A DNA stretch of 64,000 nt, taken from Mobula hypostoma (taxonomy: Eukaryota). Shown in pieces: positions 26,084 through 40,000 of the stretch. The translations under genes and the position numbers were made by a program. The stretch is taken from positions 164,984,001 through 165,048,000 of the forward strand of contig NC_086097.1 in the NCBI RefSeq assembly GCF_963921235.1. Reading direction: 5' to 3'. The notes under the pieces are model-generated. The model saw only the letters and a list, made by a program, of their open reading frames with translations, was not told the DNA's origin and ran no database searches. Position 1 is the stretch's first letter, and every line of letters starts with the position of its first letter.

Positions 26084-27319
26084 CATGCAGATTTGCAGTA
26101 TAAATCCTAATTTTTCTGTTCTAGTTGAAAAGATTTTCTATACACAACATACAAGGATGTCAGTTGTAAATCCCATGACACATGGGCAAGGCAAGCACCT
26201 TTTTCACAGGTTTAGTAAGAACCCAAAATCCCACCCTAGTCATTTCCTTTTCACACCCCCCCCCACACTTCAAAAAGAAAATACAAAAGCGAAAAAACAT
26301 GCACCACCAGGCTCAAGGACAGTTTGCATATCACAGTTATTGGACTTATGAACAGACTTCTACAACAAAGATGAGCTCTTGATTACTCGGCCTACCTCGA
26401 CATGGCCCTTGTTCCTTATTTATCTACCAGCACTGCACTTTCTGTGTAACTGTAACACTATATTCTGTTTCCCTTTTTACAGGCTCAATGTACTTATGTA
26501 TGAAATGATCTGTATCACTAACAAAACTTTTCACATGTAATGATTTCCTTCACCAGTGCATCCAGTGCACTTGGCAAAATGGCTTCTCTTCTCAATGTTT
26601 CCTTATGTAGAATAAGATCAATAAAACTGTAGTTCTAATGCAAGGTAATTTATATTTCTTACTATTTTATCAAATGTGGCCATTTTTGTCTCCCTTTCCT
26701 GTCCTCCTTTCTTTCCTGTGTATCTCCTGCAGATTTGTCCTAGATGACCAAGGTATACAACACCCCTAACATTAGCAATGCATTACACAGGCTAAAGAGC
26801 TTAACTGCACATTCAATATCTCTTACCATTTCATCCAATGACAGGTATTCCCTATGTTCCACACACTCTCCTCCTCCACCTTCTCTTCGACTTAGACTAA
26901 CTTGTTTTCTTTCTGTCTCAGCTCCCCAAATCATGACGTGCCACATCCGCCATACATGCCGATGAACCAACTGGTAGTTCCCATTCAGGATTTCTTCCTT
27001 CCAGATCAGTATGAACCACACCAGACGAAACCTTTGCTACCAACCTGAATGTCCGTTCCACACAACCAAATTCATCTCAGTGTACTGAAATGTACAGTTC
27101 TTAACCATTTTACCTATAAGTTGCAAATTGCCAGATCAACATTATTATTAGACTACTTCTTCTTGGAATTAAGATAGTAATTTCATTCTGATTAAGGAAC
27201 TAAACTCCAATGATGGCTGTCCAGTGGTTTTTGGTTTCCACTGGTTCAGTGTAAAGTGCATCTGCTAATATATGTTCTTTCTTTGATAATATCTGGTCTG
27301 TCAAAGAGTTTAACTGTCT

Positions 27320-29356
27320 CAGACACTATCACTGACCTCATCCACTCTGGAGAACTCCCACCCACTGCCACCAAACTTATTAGTTCCCTATAGTTCCCTT
27401 ACCCTGCACTGCTCGCTTCTACTTCCCACCCAAGTTCCACAAACTGGACTGTCTGGGTTGGCCAGTTGTCTCTGCCTGCTCCTGCCCCACTGACCTCATG
27501 TCCTCATATCTCAATTCCATTCTATTCCCCTTGATTCAGTCCCTTCCCATCTACATCCGCAACACTTCTCATGCCCTCGATCTTCTCAGTAACTTTCAAT
27601 TCCCTGGTCCTGACCGCCTCATCTTCACCATGTCCCTATACAGTTCTATACCCCATCAGCAAGGCCTCAAAGCCCTCCGCTTCTTTCTTGGTGGAAGAAC
27701 CAACCAATCCCCTTCCACCATCTTTCTCCATCTGGCAGAACTGGTCCTCACCCTGAGCAATTTTTCCTTTGGCTCTCCCACTTTCTCCAAACCCAAGAGG
27801 TAGCCATGGGGACTCGCGTGGGCCCAAACTAAGCCTGCCTTTTCATTGGCTATGTAGAACAGTCTATGTTCAAAACCTTCCCCAGTTATACTTCCCAACC
27901 ATTCCTCTGCTACATTCATGACCGTATTGGTGCTGCTTCAGGCACCCATGCTGAGCTCATCAATTTCATCAATTTTGCCTCTAACTTCCACCCTGCACTT
28001 AAATTCACTTGATCCAACTCTGACACCTCCCTCCTTTTTCTTGATCTCTCTCTGTCTCCCTCTCAGGAGACAAACCGTCAACCTACAACATTTATAAACC
28101 TACTGATTCCTAGTTATCTCTTCCTACCCTATTTCCTGTAAAAATGCTATTCCCTTTTCTCAGTTTCATCACAACCACCGCATCTACTCTCAGGATGTGA
28201 CTTTCCATTCCAGGATATCTGAGATGTCCTCTTTCTTCAAAGAATGGTGATTCCCTCCCTCCACTATTGATGCTGCCCTCACTTGCATCTCCTCCATTTC
28301 CTGTACATCTGCACTGAACCCATATTTTCACCATTGTAATAGTGATAGAGTCCCTCTTGTCCATAAGACAATAAGACGTAGGAGCAGAATTAGGCCATTC
28401 AGCCCATCAAGTCTGCTCCGTCATTCCATCATGGCAGATCCCGGATCCCACTAAACCCAATCCCCTGCTTTCTCACCAAATCCTTTGATGCCCTGACCAA
28501 TCAGGAAACTATCAACTTCGGCCTTAAATATACCCACGGACTTGGCCCACACCGCAGTCTGTGGCAGAGCATTCCACAGATTCACTGCTCTCTGCTAAAA
28601 AAAGTTCCTCCTTACCTTTGTTCTAAAATGTCACCCCTCAATTTTGAGGCTGTGTCCTCTAGTTCTGGATACCTCTGCCATAGGAAACCTTCTCTCCACA
28701 TCCACCCTATCTGGTCCTTTTGAAAGGTTTCAATGAGATCCCCCCACATTCTTCTACATTCCAGTGAGTACAGCCCCGAAGCTGCCGAATGCTCCAAGTA
28801 TGTTAACCCCTTCAATCCCAGAATCATCCTCGTGAATCTCCCCTGGACTCTCTCCCATGACAACACATCCTTTCTGAGATATAGGGCCCAAAACTGTTGA
28901 CAATACTCCAAGTGCAGCCTGACTAGTGTCTTATTATCGGCTTGCTTTAATATTCTATTCCCTTGAAACAAAAGCCAACAATGCATTTGCCTTCTTTACC
29001 ACTGACTCAACCTGTAAATTAACCTTCTGGGAGTCTTGCATGAGGATTCCTAGGACCCTCTGTACCTCTGATGTTTGAACCTTCTCCCCATTTAGATAAT
29101 AGTCTGCACTGTTGTTCACCTCCCAACCTCTGTTTTTAATCTCCATCCTTCCCACCCCCACCTAACTCCATCTGTCAATCAACTCGTCTTCACCTGGATC
29201 TACCTGTCACTTGCCAGAGCTTGCCCCTCCTCTTCAAATCACTGTCACCCCTTCACTCCTCTATTCTATCAACCTGAATTTAGGATCTTGGCTTGAAGGA
29301 TTGACAGTCCATTTCCCTCCTTAGACGCTGCCTGGCTCACTGATTTCCTCCAACAG
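27320..29356 (+). mobile_element. Penelope-like retroelement (RT remnant 27320-28362, terminal repeat 29114-29356)
   Basis: TSHALDLLSNFQFPGPDRLIFTM.SLYSSIPH..GLKALRFFL, LAELVLTLSNFSF, GVAMGT, YIHD (decayed YIDD), FHPALKFT. Confidence 0.88.
28363..29113 (-). mobile_element. HER1/CR1 LINE 3' fragment nested in the Penelope-like element
   Basis: LVRLHLEYCQQFWALYLRKDV; tail cataagacaataagacgtaggagcag. Confidence 0.92.
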
Positions 29357-30639
29357 GAGGAAATTGTTAGTTGTAAGCACACGCCTCTTCTACTGCATAT
29401 AAATTTTGCAACTGTAAGTGAAGTTCTCATACCATATTAATTATGGTACAAACAACTCAGTTTTAAGGAGGAGATGCTAGGGGAGAGAGAAGTGACAAAT
29501 GAAGGAGGAGGTACACTGCAGTGTATGCTCTGTAAGGTGTAATTAATTATTTTATGGGACCAGTTGAGGGAAGAAAACCATGAAGGGTACATGAATAATT
29601 CACTCCTTTCTAACCAGTGGCAGGTCCTGGTAAGGGCATCACAACAGTGGGTATAATAATGTTCACTTACAAGCTGCAGTGGAAGTTTAGCACAAGCACT
29701 TCCCACAAGGAAAGGGGCACAGACAACTGAGCAGATGACGGTGCTTGGCTTTACAAGTTTGGAACCAAAGCCAAGGGACTAACGAACATTCTGGCCACAG
29801 TACTAAAGGTGAGCACTCCTGAACCAGCCTCTGCACTAGACAAATTGTTTCAGTTCACTAACAAAACAGGCATCTCACTGACAGTGAAGAAAACTGCTTA
29901 GGTATACGTATCTTTATCACAAGAATCATGACAAATCTAATCTACCTGATCACTACCGAGTCGCTCAGCAGAATGATGGAAATTGTTTTCAATTGGGCTA
30001 TCAAGTGACATCCACTCACCAATAACCTGCACACTGATGCCTATTTTGCATTTTCAAAGAATTCAAAGTACCCTTATTATCAAAGAATGCATACATTATA
30101 CAACCTTGAAATTTGTTTGCTTACAGGCAGTCACAAAGCAAGGAACACGGAAGAATCCAATTAAAAAAAAAAGACCAGCCACCAATATGCAAGGGAAATG
30201 TATACTGTAATAAAACCAATCATGCAAACAATAGAAGCGAGCAATAACAACAACACTCTGAACTAAATTGAGAGCTTGGATCCAAATCCCTGGAGCAGCC
30301 CAGAGTAGGCCCAGAGCCTCTGTATTCAGTTCGTCGTATTAGCAGGGCAAATCACCGCAAAATTCGCAGACACAAACTTTGTCTGTGGCAGTCTCACAGC
30401 CTTGGCATCGTGGACCGGGGAGCCCCCAATCTGTATGGGCTGGTGTTTAAATTGTCCAAGCAGCAGATCTTACCTCTGATTAGGACCTGGGCCCCTGCCA
30501 CGCTGAATCGCACAGGGCCTAGACTTTGCTGCCAAAGAAGCTGTTCTCAACGTCTCCAAAATGGCTGAGGCACCTGGCTCTAGAGCTTACTATAACCTCG
30601 GTCTAAAGAGCTAGTTCCCAGAGATGAGCTGAGATACAC

Positions 30640-31445
30640 TGCACTTGACATCAAGGTAACTAAGAGTGGCCTCAAAGAACTCCAGTGAAACTGAAGACAG
30701 TGGGCTGTGCCATGCCCAACACAATCAAAGCCTGTGTGCCGTGTAAACTACATAGCTTTCAGACAAGAGACAACTTCTAACAGGGAAGAGTCTAACCAAC
30801 TGCTCATGCTACTCATGTCCCCGTCACAGAGTTCCTCCATCCTCCACCATCAGTATCAGGTGTAAACACCATTCCCACCCCCCCCCCCCCACCCTGACTA
30901 CATCCAAATTTAGAGGTCAAATAAATACTGCAGCTGCAAGTAAATGTCAGAGCCAGTGAATGATTCATCTCCTGACACCCCAAAATCTTTCAACTGTCTT
31001 CAAGGTACACATCAGGAGTGTGAAGAATTACTCACCACCAGACTGTATGACTGGAGCTTCAGCAACACTCGATGCTCAACACTATCCAGCACAAAGCACC
31101 CTGTCTGATCAGTGCTCCGTCTACCATTACCACTCCAAATGTTTGACCCTCTACCACCCAGTGAACACTGGTTACAGAATGAACCAGCCACCAAACGGAC
31201 TGTTGTTATTAGCCTGAGTTACTCTGCCAGTACCTCCCAAGCCAGCCATTCCTATCACCAAGATGAGCAGTATGTACATGGGAACACTGCCAGCAGCATG
31301 TTCCCCTCCAAGTCATACACCACCCCAACTTGGAAATGCCTCGCTGTTCACCTGGAACCCATGCCTCCACAGCACTGTGAGAGTAACTTCATCAAACGTA
31401 TTGCAGCATTTCAGAAAGGAAGCTCTTTACCACCTTATGGGTAGT
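30640..31445 (+). mobile_element. Old L2/CR1-group LINE RT fragment
   Basis: HLLTPQNLSTVFKVHIRSVKNYSP remnant. Confidence 0.65.
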
Positions 31446-33643
31446 TCAGGACGGGGAACAGATACTGTCCTTGCTAAAATAATTTATAAAAATTCATTAT
31501 TTTGATACTTTAGTAAAACTTATGGCTTAGCTATTTAAACCAACTTATCTTCTGCGATATGAAATTACTCTCCACTAGACATTCAACCCGTGGGAATATT
31601 AGTAGGAAGGCAAACTGTTGCTAACAATTTTGACTCAAGGACTTGATGTACAATGTTATCAGTCATGAGACCCAGTTCTGGTGATTACTATACAAAGTAC
31701 ATTGTGTATTAAAATTATTGAGAAACAGAAAAATGTCACTCCAGCCAGCAAGCTTTTCCTTGATATGTTCAATCTCATTAGTTTTTCTTCAGTATTTATC
31801 ACTAGAATGGTGGATGGAGGAAGCCAGATGGAACAAATCATTCTGAAATGAGACCCAGAAAAAATGATCTGGGAAATACTGCATTTTTAAAAAAGTAATA
31901 GTGCATATATGTATAGTGCAAATAATAGTGTCAAGCAATGGTGAAAGCAGATTTGATGGTGGTTTTTAAGAGGCTTTTAGATAGGCACATGAATACAAGG
32001 GGAATAGAGGGATATAGATCATGAGAAAACAGAAGAGATTTGGCTTACTTTGTGGCCATATCTGTACAGACAATCTGGGCTGAAGGACCTGTTCCTGTGC
32101 ATTATGACTTTTTTATTAAATGTAATGATGACTGTTTTCTAGCTCCTTGAAAAATTTGCCGTATCGTGTGCTGCTGGCAGTCTTTTTTTGTTGGCATGGA
32201 AATATAGAAGGAATTAGCAACCCCACCCCCCACCCCCAGCACTGCAATGTTTTAGAGTTCCAGCGGGAATACGAGATGGTTCATCTAAACCCTGGTGTCC
32301 TTTGGTAGAGAGTTTGCATTTATAGCTATTGATGAAAGCAGGGTTATTACTTGATTGTAGAAATCTTTTTCCTAAGATAATTTTATTACCCTACAATCTG
32401 AGGTAACAAATAAATTAGAAAAGCATGAGTGCTTGCAATCTAATTTTTAATCATCATTCTTTATTAAGACAAAACAAGGTATTAATTGAACAGAAATGAG
32501 CGCTCAGATTAAAAATACAATTTGTACTGTAAATGAGTAATCACTTTAAAATGCAAATATTAAATTTTCATATTGGTATTGCCAAAAGCAAATCAATTTT
32601 CAGGTTTGGGAATAATAAGGCAGACTCACTGTCATAACATTAGCAAATGCATTGGCAAAATTGGATGCAAATAGTCTGAAGGAAATGAGAAAAAAGACAC
32701 TGGAGTTTTCATGGGATGCGCACTGGGCAAGTGTCAGTGATTTCGCTATAGATTCATTAGGTGGAATGGCTTCCTGTGCCTTCCTTTGCTGTCTCTAAGT
32801 CTAAGCTTTGCACTACGGGGGAGGAAAGGCAAAGGCTTCACTCAGTTCTGGAAAGAACAGGTATCTTCAGATTGCCATTTCAAGGTAAGAAATTTCATAA
32901 CCCAGAGGACGTTCAATTGGTGAGAGATAATTTTCAAACAGTCTAAGAAAAACATTCTCCTTAAAGGGAGAAGTAGAATGAAGAAGGTGAAAAGTACAAA
33001 TGTGCATAAGCAATTTTTTGCAATAAGTTTACTGACAATGCATAAAATAAGTATTAAAAATCAGTCAATTTGAATATTAAATAGAGAAAACTGTTTTTTA
33101 AATCAATGAGCTTATTCAATCAAGCAGCCTGTTTTCTGAAAAATTATTTCTATTAATTATGAGAATTAGTCATTTATTAATAAAACACTATTTCCATCAA
33201 ATGTTATGATACATAAACATAGTCTTCATTATTAGATAAATGACTGCAGTATCTGTGAGGCATACCAACTACAACTAAAATAGTAAAGAAAAATTTCCCA
33301 AATCAAATCACATTATCAAATTAAATTTTACACTGAACATAGGGCAGATAAGCAAACCCTGGCCAGAGACAAAAACAGAAAATGCTGTAAATATTCAGAC
33401 CAGAGTGACGGGTATTATATTTAGTGTCAAAGAGGAGAGAGTAGTAAATAGATGGAGATGTTTAGGAAGGGTGTGTGAAATCCTAAGGTTTCCCTGCTTT
33501 AATCAATCTCAGAAATATAAATAGACAAGCAATGTTCAGCATGAAACTATGACTATTTGGTATTTTTCTCATCCATTGTTTTCTCTTCCTAATGACCCTG
33601 GTTTTTGCTTGGATTCAAGATGCATATGCCTCCATGTCACATC

Positions 33644-33649
33644 TTTATT
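33644..33649 (-). promoter_or_regulatory. Candidate polyadenylation signal (AATAAA) for the ACSS2-like 3' UTR
   Basis: First AATAAA I found, about 290 nt after the stop; others at 33173-33178 and 32460-32465. Confidence 0.4.
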
Positions 33650-33940
33650 GTGCAAACAGGAAAAAAGGTGTAAGTTCAAACTAGTAGATGTTAATGTGAG
33701 GAAATTCTCATGCAAAAGTGAACAATAATATGCCAGTTTGAATAGGGATGTCATACTCTGGAATTTCTTAGGAAAGTAATTATTCATTGTAAGGCCATTT
33801 ATACAAAGGAATTTCTTCATGAGAAAGCATACTTTAATGTGGACAATCTAGCGAGAAGATTTGTGTAAATACAGTCACTGGCCCTGTTTTAAATGTGGCT
33901 TTTTACTGGAGCTGAGTCTTGGACAAGGCCGTACATCACT

Positions 33941-34068
33941 TTAAGCAGCTGCTTGACCTCTCTGGCTGAAGAGGACATCCACCACTGTTGGATCAATAAG
34001 AGTGGAAACATCACCCAGTTCCTTCTCATTGCAAGCAATACGTCTCAGAATGCGTCTCATTATTTTAC
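33941..34068 (-). CDS. acss2l: ACSS2-like last coding exon: [42 protein letters not shown]
   Basis: ttttctcaaag acceptor; TAA at 33943-33941; carries the catalytic/acetylated Lys of PKTRSGK. Confidence 0.94.
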
Positions 34069-37000
34069 CTTTGAGAAAAGGATAAGGATTTGATTTAGTT
34101 TTATTCTGTTGTTTGTTGATAACATTTGCTCCAGTCCCAGTACTTCAAGATGACATGTATAATTTACCTGAACGGGTTTTTGGGAGCCCAGGTGCATTCT
34201 GTATGAAGTCAGGTGTGGCAATTGGTCCAATCTTTTGCCGCACTACAGATTGAAGGAAAGATGATGAAAATATTTTCATAAATGTAATAAAAGGCAGCAG
34301 ATGCTGAAAACAAGCAACAGTCTGCTGGAGGAATTCAGTGGGTCAAGCAGCATCTGTAGAGGGAAATGGACAGTCAACATCGAGTTAAAATCTTTCTTCC
34401 AGAACATAGAAAATCAGCCTTTGGCCATAGCAGAGGTCAGTCTAGTTGAGGGGTCTCAACCCAAATACTGACTGTGTATTACACTCTACAGATGCTGCCT
34501 GACTTGCTGAATTCCTTCAGCAGTTTGAATTTAGGATAAACTTCTTGTGTCAGTTGATAGCATTCTTGTTTCTTGACTGACTGTGCTGTAGATTCAACTC
34601 CTGCTCTGAAAGCTTCAGCACAAAAGAAATCAAAGCTGAGGCTCCAGTCTGGGTGGTGAGGGAGCATTGTTTTACTAAAGGTGATGGCGTGAGCTAAGAT
34701 TCTAAATCAAGTCCCCATCTGCTCTCTCCGATGGGTGAAGAACAGTGTTGTGTTTTGTAACTTCAAAACATTAAACTAATTTAAAGAAAGACATGGGTGT
34801 CTGAAATGTGAGTTTACTTTAAGTGAAGTGTGTACGTATCATGTGTTAGCATGATGACATAATTTGCATATGTATACATATAACTCATCATGAATTACTT
34901 AAACAATGAATGCTTAATCAAACAACATATTTACAATACTACAAGTACTACTGAAATATGAAATGCACACAAACAGCAAGAAATTTCTCCTAAGTTATGG
35001 ATTTCTATTCTATACTTCAATGTAATTAAATTAGATTGTCTAGTCAATATCACATGCCTCTCAATCACTTATTTATATTAATTCTATGTTAATCCATCTT
35101 CTATTCTTCCCCACATTCTCATCAACTGCCCTCATCCACTACACTCCTCTCCTACACATTAGGTGCTATTTACTGTGGCCGATTCACCTTCCATCCCTTA
35201 CACCTTTGGGATAAGAACCCAGAGGAAACCCACAGATGCAGTGACCACTCAAAATGGGTGAACCCAGGTCTCTGGCATCATAAGACCCACCGTCTCTCCC
35301 AATACATAGAATCTCAGAAGCCTGGAATAGACGACAGGAAAAGTAAACCACCCGCCAAACCACCCAGCCTACTGCCCGACCACTACACTTGTCAGCATCT
35401 GCAAGGTCCACACTGGCCTCATTCAGACACACCAGAACCCAGCACTAATGAAAGGAAGCAAGTTGGAATGGGTATTGGTGTACTATAGTCACTGTACTGA
35501 GATACAGTGAAAAGCTGGTCTTGCATACTGTTCATACAGATCAGATCATTACACTGTACATTCAGGCAGAACAAGGTAAAACAACAATAACGCAGACTAA
35601 AGTGTAACAGCTACAGAAAAAGTTCAGTGCAGGTAAACAATAAACTGCAGCGTCACAAAGAGGTAAACTGTGAGATTGAGAGTCCAATTTAATTGTACCA
35701 GGGATCCTTTTAATAGACATCCTTGGTCCTAAGGGCTTGCCTGAAAAGAAGACAACTTGGAGAAGAATTTATCAGAAACAAACAACATGGCTGAACTTCC
35801 AACAAATATTAATCTTCTTGAATTTGCCACCAGGTTACCAAGTCTGGGTAAACTGGTAAACATTGTGTGGATTTTGATACAATTCTTCACAAAATCAAAT
35901 TTATCTGTAAATAGCATTTTCTTGAATTAGGGCTAATCTGCTCCAGGGTCTGAGAATCACCTTAATCTCATTAGGTTGTTAATTGGATGTGCTTCACAAT
36001 TACTAATTATTACATGGTGAAGGGTGTGATTGTCCCTTCTTCACCTATATGTATGGGCCCTCCCTATCAAAGCATTTGCTACAGTATCCAAAATTGTGCC
36101 AAGTGTTACTGTTTCCAAAATAATTATGCCTTTTTTTCAAATTTGCTGCTGCTGTATTCCCTCATCTGAGAACTTTCTGTGGAGACTAAGCACGGTCTCT
36201 TCTGATCAACATACCTTTGCTTTTCAGTTCATCTGAAATGGACTTGGTCAATTCCTTTCCATCCTTCAGTGTGACAAAACAGTAGATACATTCACCTTTC
36301 ACGGGGTGTGGATGGCTTACTACAGCAACCTCTGCCACTGCACTGTGTTCTGACAGGGCTGATTCCACCTCAGCGCTGCTCAGCAGATGACCTGTGGATT
36401 TCAAAGCAGAGATATCATTGATAGGATTCGTAGGGCAAGTGTATTGTTGACAGAAGTTTAGTGAACTTATCTGAACAAGGAGCAAATTTAGAAATTGAAT
36501 GTGCAAATGGACTTGCGAGTCCTAGTGCAAGTTTCCCTAGCGGTTAACTTGCATGTCGGGTCAGTAGTGTGGAAGGCAAATGCGATGTTAGCATTCATTT
36601 CCAGAGGACTAGAGTATAAAAGCAAGAATGTAATTCTGAGGCTTTATAAGGCATTGGTCACTTGGAGTAGTAAGAGTGGTTATAGGCCCGAATTCTAAGC
36701 GAGTACAAGCTGGCATTGCAGAGGGTTCAGAAAAGGTTTCTGAGATTGAACCCAGTAATGAAAGGGTGAATGTGAGGAGTGTTTGATGGCTCTGGGCCTG
36801 TACTCACTGGAGTTAGAAGAAAGGGGTGTGGAGAGGGGGCATCTCATTGAAACCTACCAAATATATTGAAAAAGTGGACGTGCAGATGATGTTTCCTATG
36901 GTGGGTGAATCTAGGACATGAGGGCACAGCCTCAGAGTAGAAGAATGTCCTTTCTGAACAGAGATGAGGAGGAATTTCTTCAGCCAGAGGGTGGTGAATC

Positions 37001-40000
37001 TATACAAATCATTACCACAGATGGCAGTGGAGGCCAAATCATTGGGCATACTTAAAGCAGAGGTTGATAGGTTCTTGATTAGTAAGGGCACTAAGGTTAC
37101 AGGGGAGAAGGCAGAAGAGATAGAGAAGAAAGTAACACTGCAGATGCCTGTTCAAGTTTAATTGTTATTCAACCATACAGGAATACCCATGAATAGACAA
37201 ATAAAGCAGTGTTCCACCAGGGCCAAGGTGTAAAACACATTACTAACAATCATACACAGCACAATGCACATACAGCACATACTCTATAAGACAGCAGTAG
37301 ACATACAGTCACACAAAAAACATGTAACATAGCCCAAGTCCCTGAGTCCATGAATGTTGTCAGCAAGAGCAAGCCCGCAGTAGTCCACAGGTAAACACAC
37401 TCCAGCTTGTCTTCCACCAAGCAAACACTGGCGGGCAGCACCGATGCCGCGCCACACCGCCTCCGGCTACCAGCTCTGCACCTCTCTCCTGGATGGCTGC
37501 AAACAGGCAAAACTGCACATGAGGCCTAGTCTTCATTACAACCAAGGAATGCAACTCCCCTGTCGTTGGTCCCACCAATAAACCAGTGAAATGGATTTGC
37601 AGCGTTCCACAGTACCAACTTCCAACAGGGTCTTGCAATCACAAGAAACATGACTAAGATAATCACTCGCAGTTAGACAGCACACCGCCTTTATGCACCG
37701 ACTCCAACCCCTCTGCAGCAAACAACGATATGGTCTGCACCAAGTCCAGCTCCTCTGCCAATGAGCAACTTGCTGATGGGGTAGACCAGCAGTTCTTGAT
37801 GTCCAACATTGTCTTGCGATCATAAAAAAGATGTTTAAAAAACACAATAACACAGATGAGAACCAGGCAGATTATAGGAAGTTCAGAGAAAAGGTCAAAA
37901 GGAAATAAAAATGGTCAAAAAGAAATTGTGCAATAAACATAAAAGGGAATCCAAAACGTTTCTAGGGACTGATGAGATAGACCAATGAGTGACCTACTCT
38001 TAAGTAGAACTGTACCAAGTAAAATTTTACTGCTGGTTTCTCACCAAAGACATTGGATCTGTTAAAAATTGATAAAGGAATGTACAAGAAACATCAGCTG
38101 TACTTAAAAAGGATAAATCGGATGCATCCTAGATTGCCAAGACAGCTAACAGAAGAATACGAGGAGCATTGGCCAAAACCTCCCAAACATTTGTAGAAAT
38201 AGAGGTACCTGAGCATTGGAGAAATGTAAATATTACTTCCCTTTTCGTGTTGGGGTAAACCCAGTAAACATCGGCTTGTCCTTGGTAGTGAGGAAGTGAT
38301 TAGTTCAAAGTTGCAGTCACTTGCACAAATGTGGATTGATTAGGGAAAGTAATTATAAATTTGATAAAGCCAAATTGTGGTCAATCAACTTTGTTAGAGT
38401 TTCCTCATGAGATAGCAAAATAGGTTGATCAAAGAAGGAGAAAAACAATTCATATGCTGCAAATGGGCTTTCAGATGCTTGATTAGCCTGTCATTAAGAT
38501 CAAAGCCTATTGAGCGACAACAACTTAACAGGAAACAGCAGTTTCAATTGTTTTTCAGATAAGAGAGAAATTTTCTGTGGATTTTCCCAGCAGCTCTCAG
38601 TACTTGAAACCACACTTCTGTTAATGTATATTAATTACATGACTTAGGTCTACAGAGCATAATTTCCCAATCTACAGTATGCTTTGGAAGTGCAGTGACC
38701 TGTGTCGAACTCAGTATTAAACCACGAGGACGAAGTAGTAGTACAATCACTTGAATTGAGTATGATGTTTTCCTACTGCATTATTTCCTTAAGGAGAACA
38801 CATGCACATGACTTTGCATAACGCGGGGAGGCTGATGCACGAACAGCCATCACACAGTCCTTGATAGATCAGGGTCAGGTTCCAGTGGCGTGGAATGCAA
38901 GATGACTTGGGACCCTTCGTTGTCGCAGCCTTCCTCTACCTACGCTGCCATTGTGATGTGTCATCATCTTCCACCAGCTCCACTGTTGAGGTCTTGGTGG
39001 CGTTGCTTGCTCTTTGCTCTGTCATGATCCTACTGAATGTTGGGGCAGGCATCACAATGTACAGTGAACTGGGTCATTTGCATTAACAACCAACATAATC
39101 TGAGGATGTCCTGGGAGCAGAGCACAGGTGTCATCACACATTCCAGCACCAACGTAGCATGCCCACAGTGTTCATCAGAACAACACGCAGCCAGCATACA
39201 ACAAGCAACAGCAGCAAAATAAACCCTTTTCCAAATAACCTCTCTCACACACACACATTGGCCTTCAACCCCATGACATGTCACCTCTGGGCCTCTGACC
39301 TCTGAACTTGTCGACCTAAGGGTTTCGACCTTCAGGCTTCAGCCTCCACACTCAGTAACCTTGGGCTTTGACCTTTGGACTTGCCAATCTTGGGGCTTCA
39401 ACCTCCAGACTGTAGCCTTGGACTCTCAGGCATCAGGCCTCTGACCTCCAGACTTGCCCACTGTGGGCTTCTTATCCTTTATCCTTAATGACATTTCAAT
39501 TCTTGAGTGTTGTTGAAGCGACATTCAAATGGAAAGTGCAGCACTGTAGGAGGGGTAGTGTAGCGGGCAGCATAAGGCTTTACTGCATGGATGATTGGAA
39601 GATCGGTATTCAATTCTCAGTTTTTTTTTATTAAGTGCAATCGTGAACAATAGCCAGATCAGAAATGCTGATCAAGTCAACTAGTTCCCAAAGAGAACTC
39701 TGACAGGCCAATCAGATGGTTCACTGCTGCTCAGTGATAGAACACAAAAAAATCATATGTACAATTAAGAAACATTAAAAAATAGTAGAAATACTGGAGT
39801 CATGACAATCATGATGAAGTCTGCTGGAGAGAGATTTACACACATGCTGTCCTCTATAATTCAAAGAGACTGAAGGATAAGGTTGCAGGGTGACAAAACA
39901 TGACAGGAGCACCTGGAACTAAAAACTAATCCCTAGTGAGAGAAACCAGCACCTGTTCTTTTCGCACTGTTCTCCCCCTTACAGTTGTCTGTAAGGAGTT

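Larger units (their letters stand above)
11365..27048 (+). other. Hypothetical micro-exon gene, unassigned
   Basis: Chain of short segments with plausible splice sites in non-repeat islands (see findings); no homology recognised. Confidence 0.25.

Noticed and set aside
26733..26752. RFVLDDQ resembling the ITK/Tec kinase activation loop
   Set aside because: No following YTSS/KFPVKW and no other kinase exons; coincidental short match.
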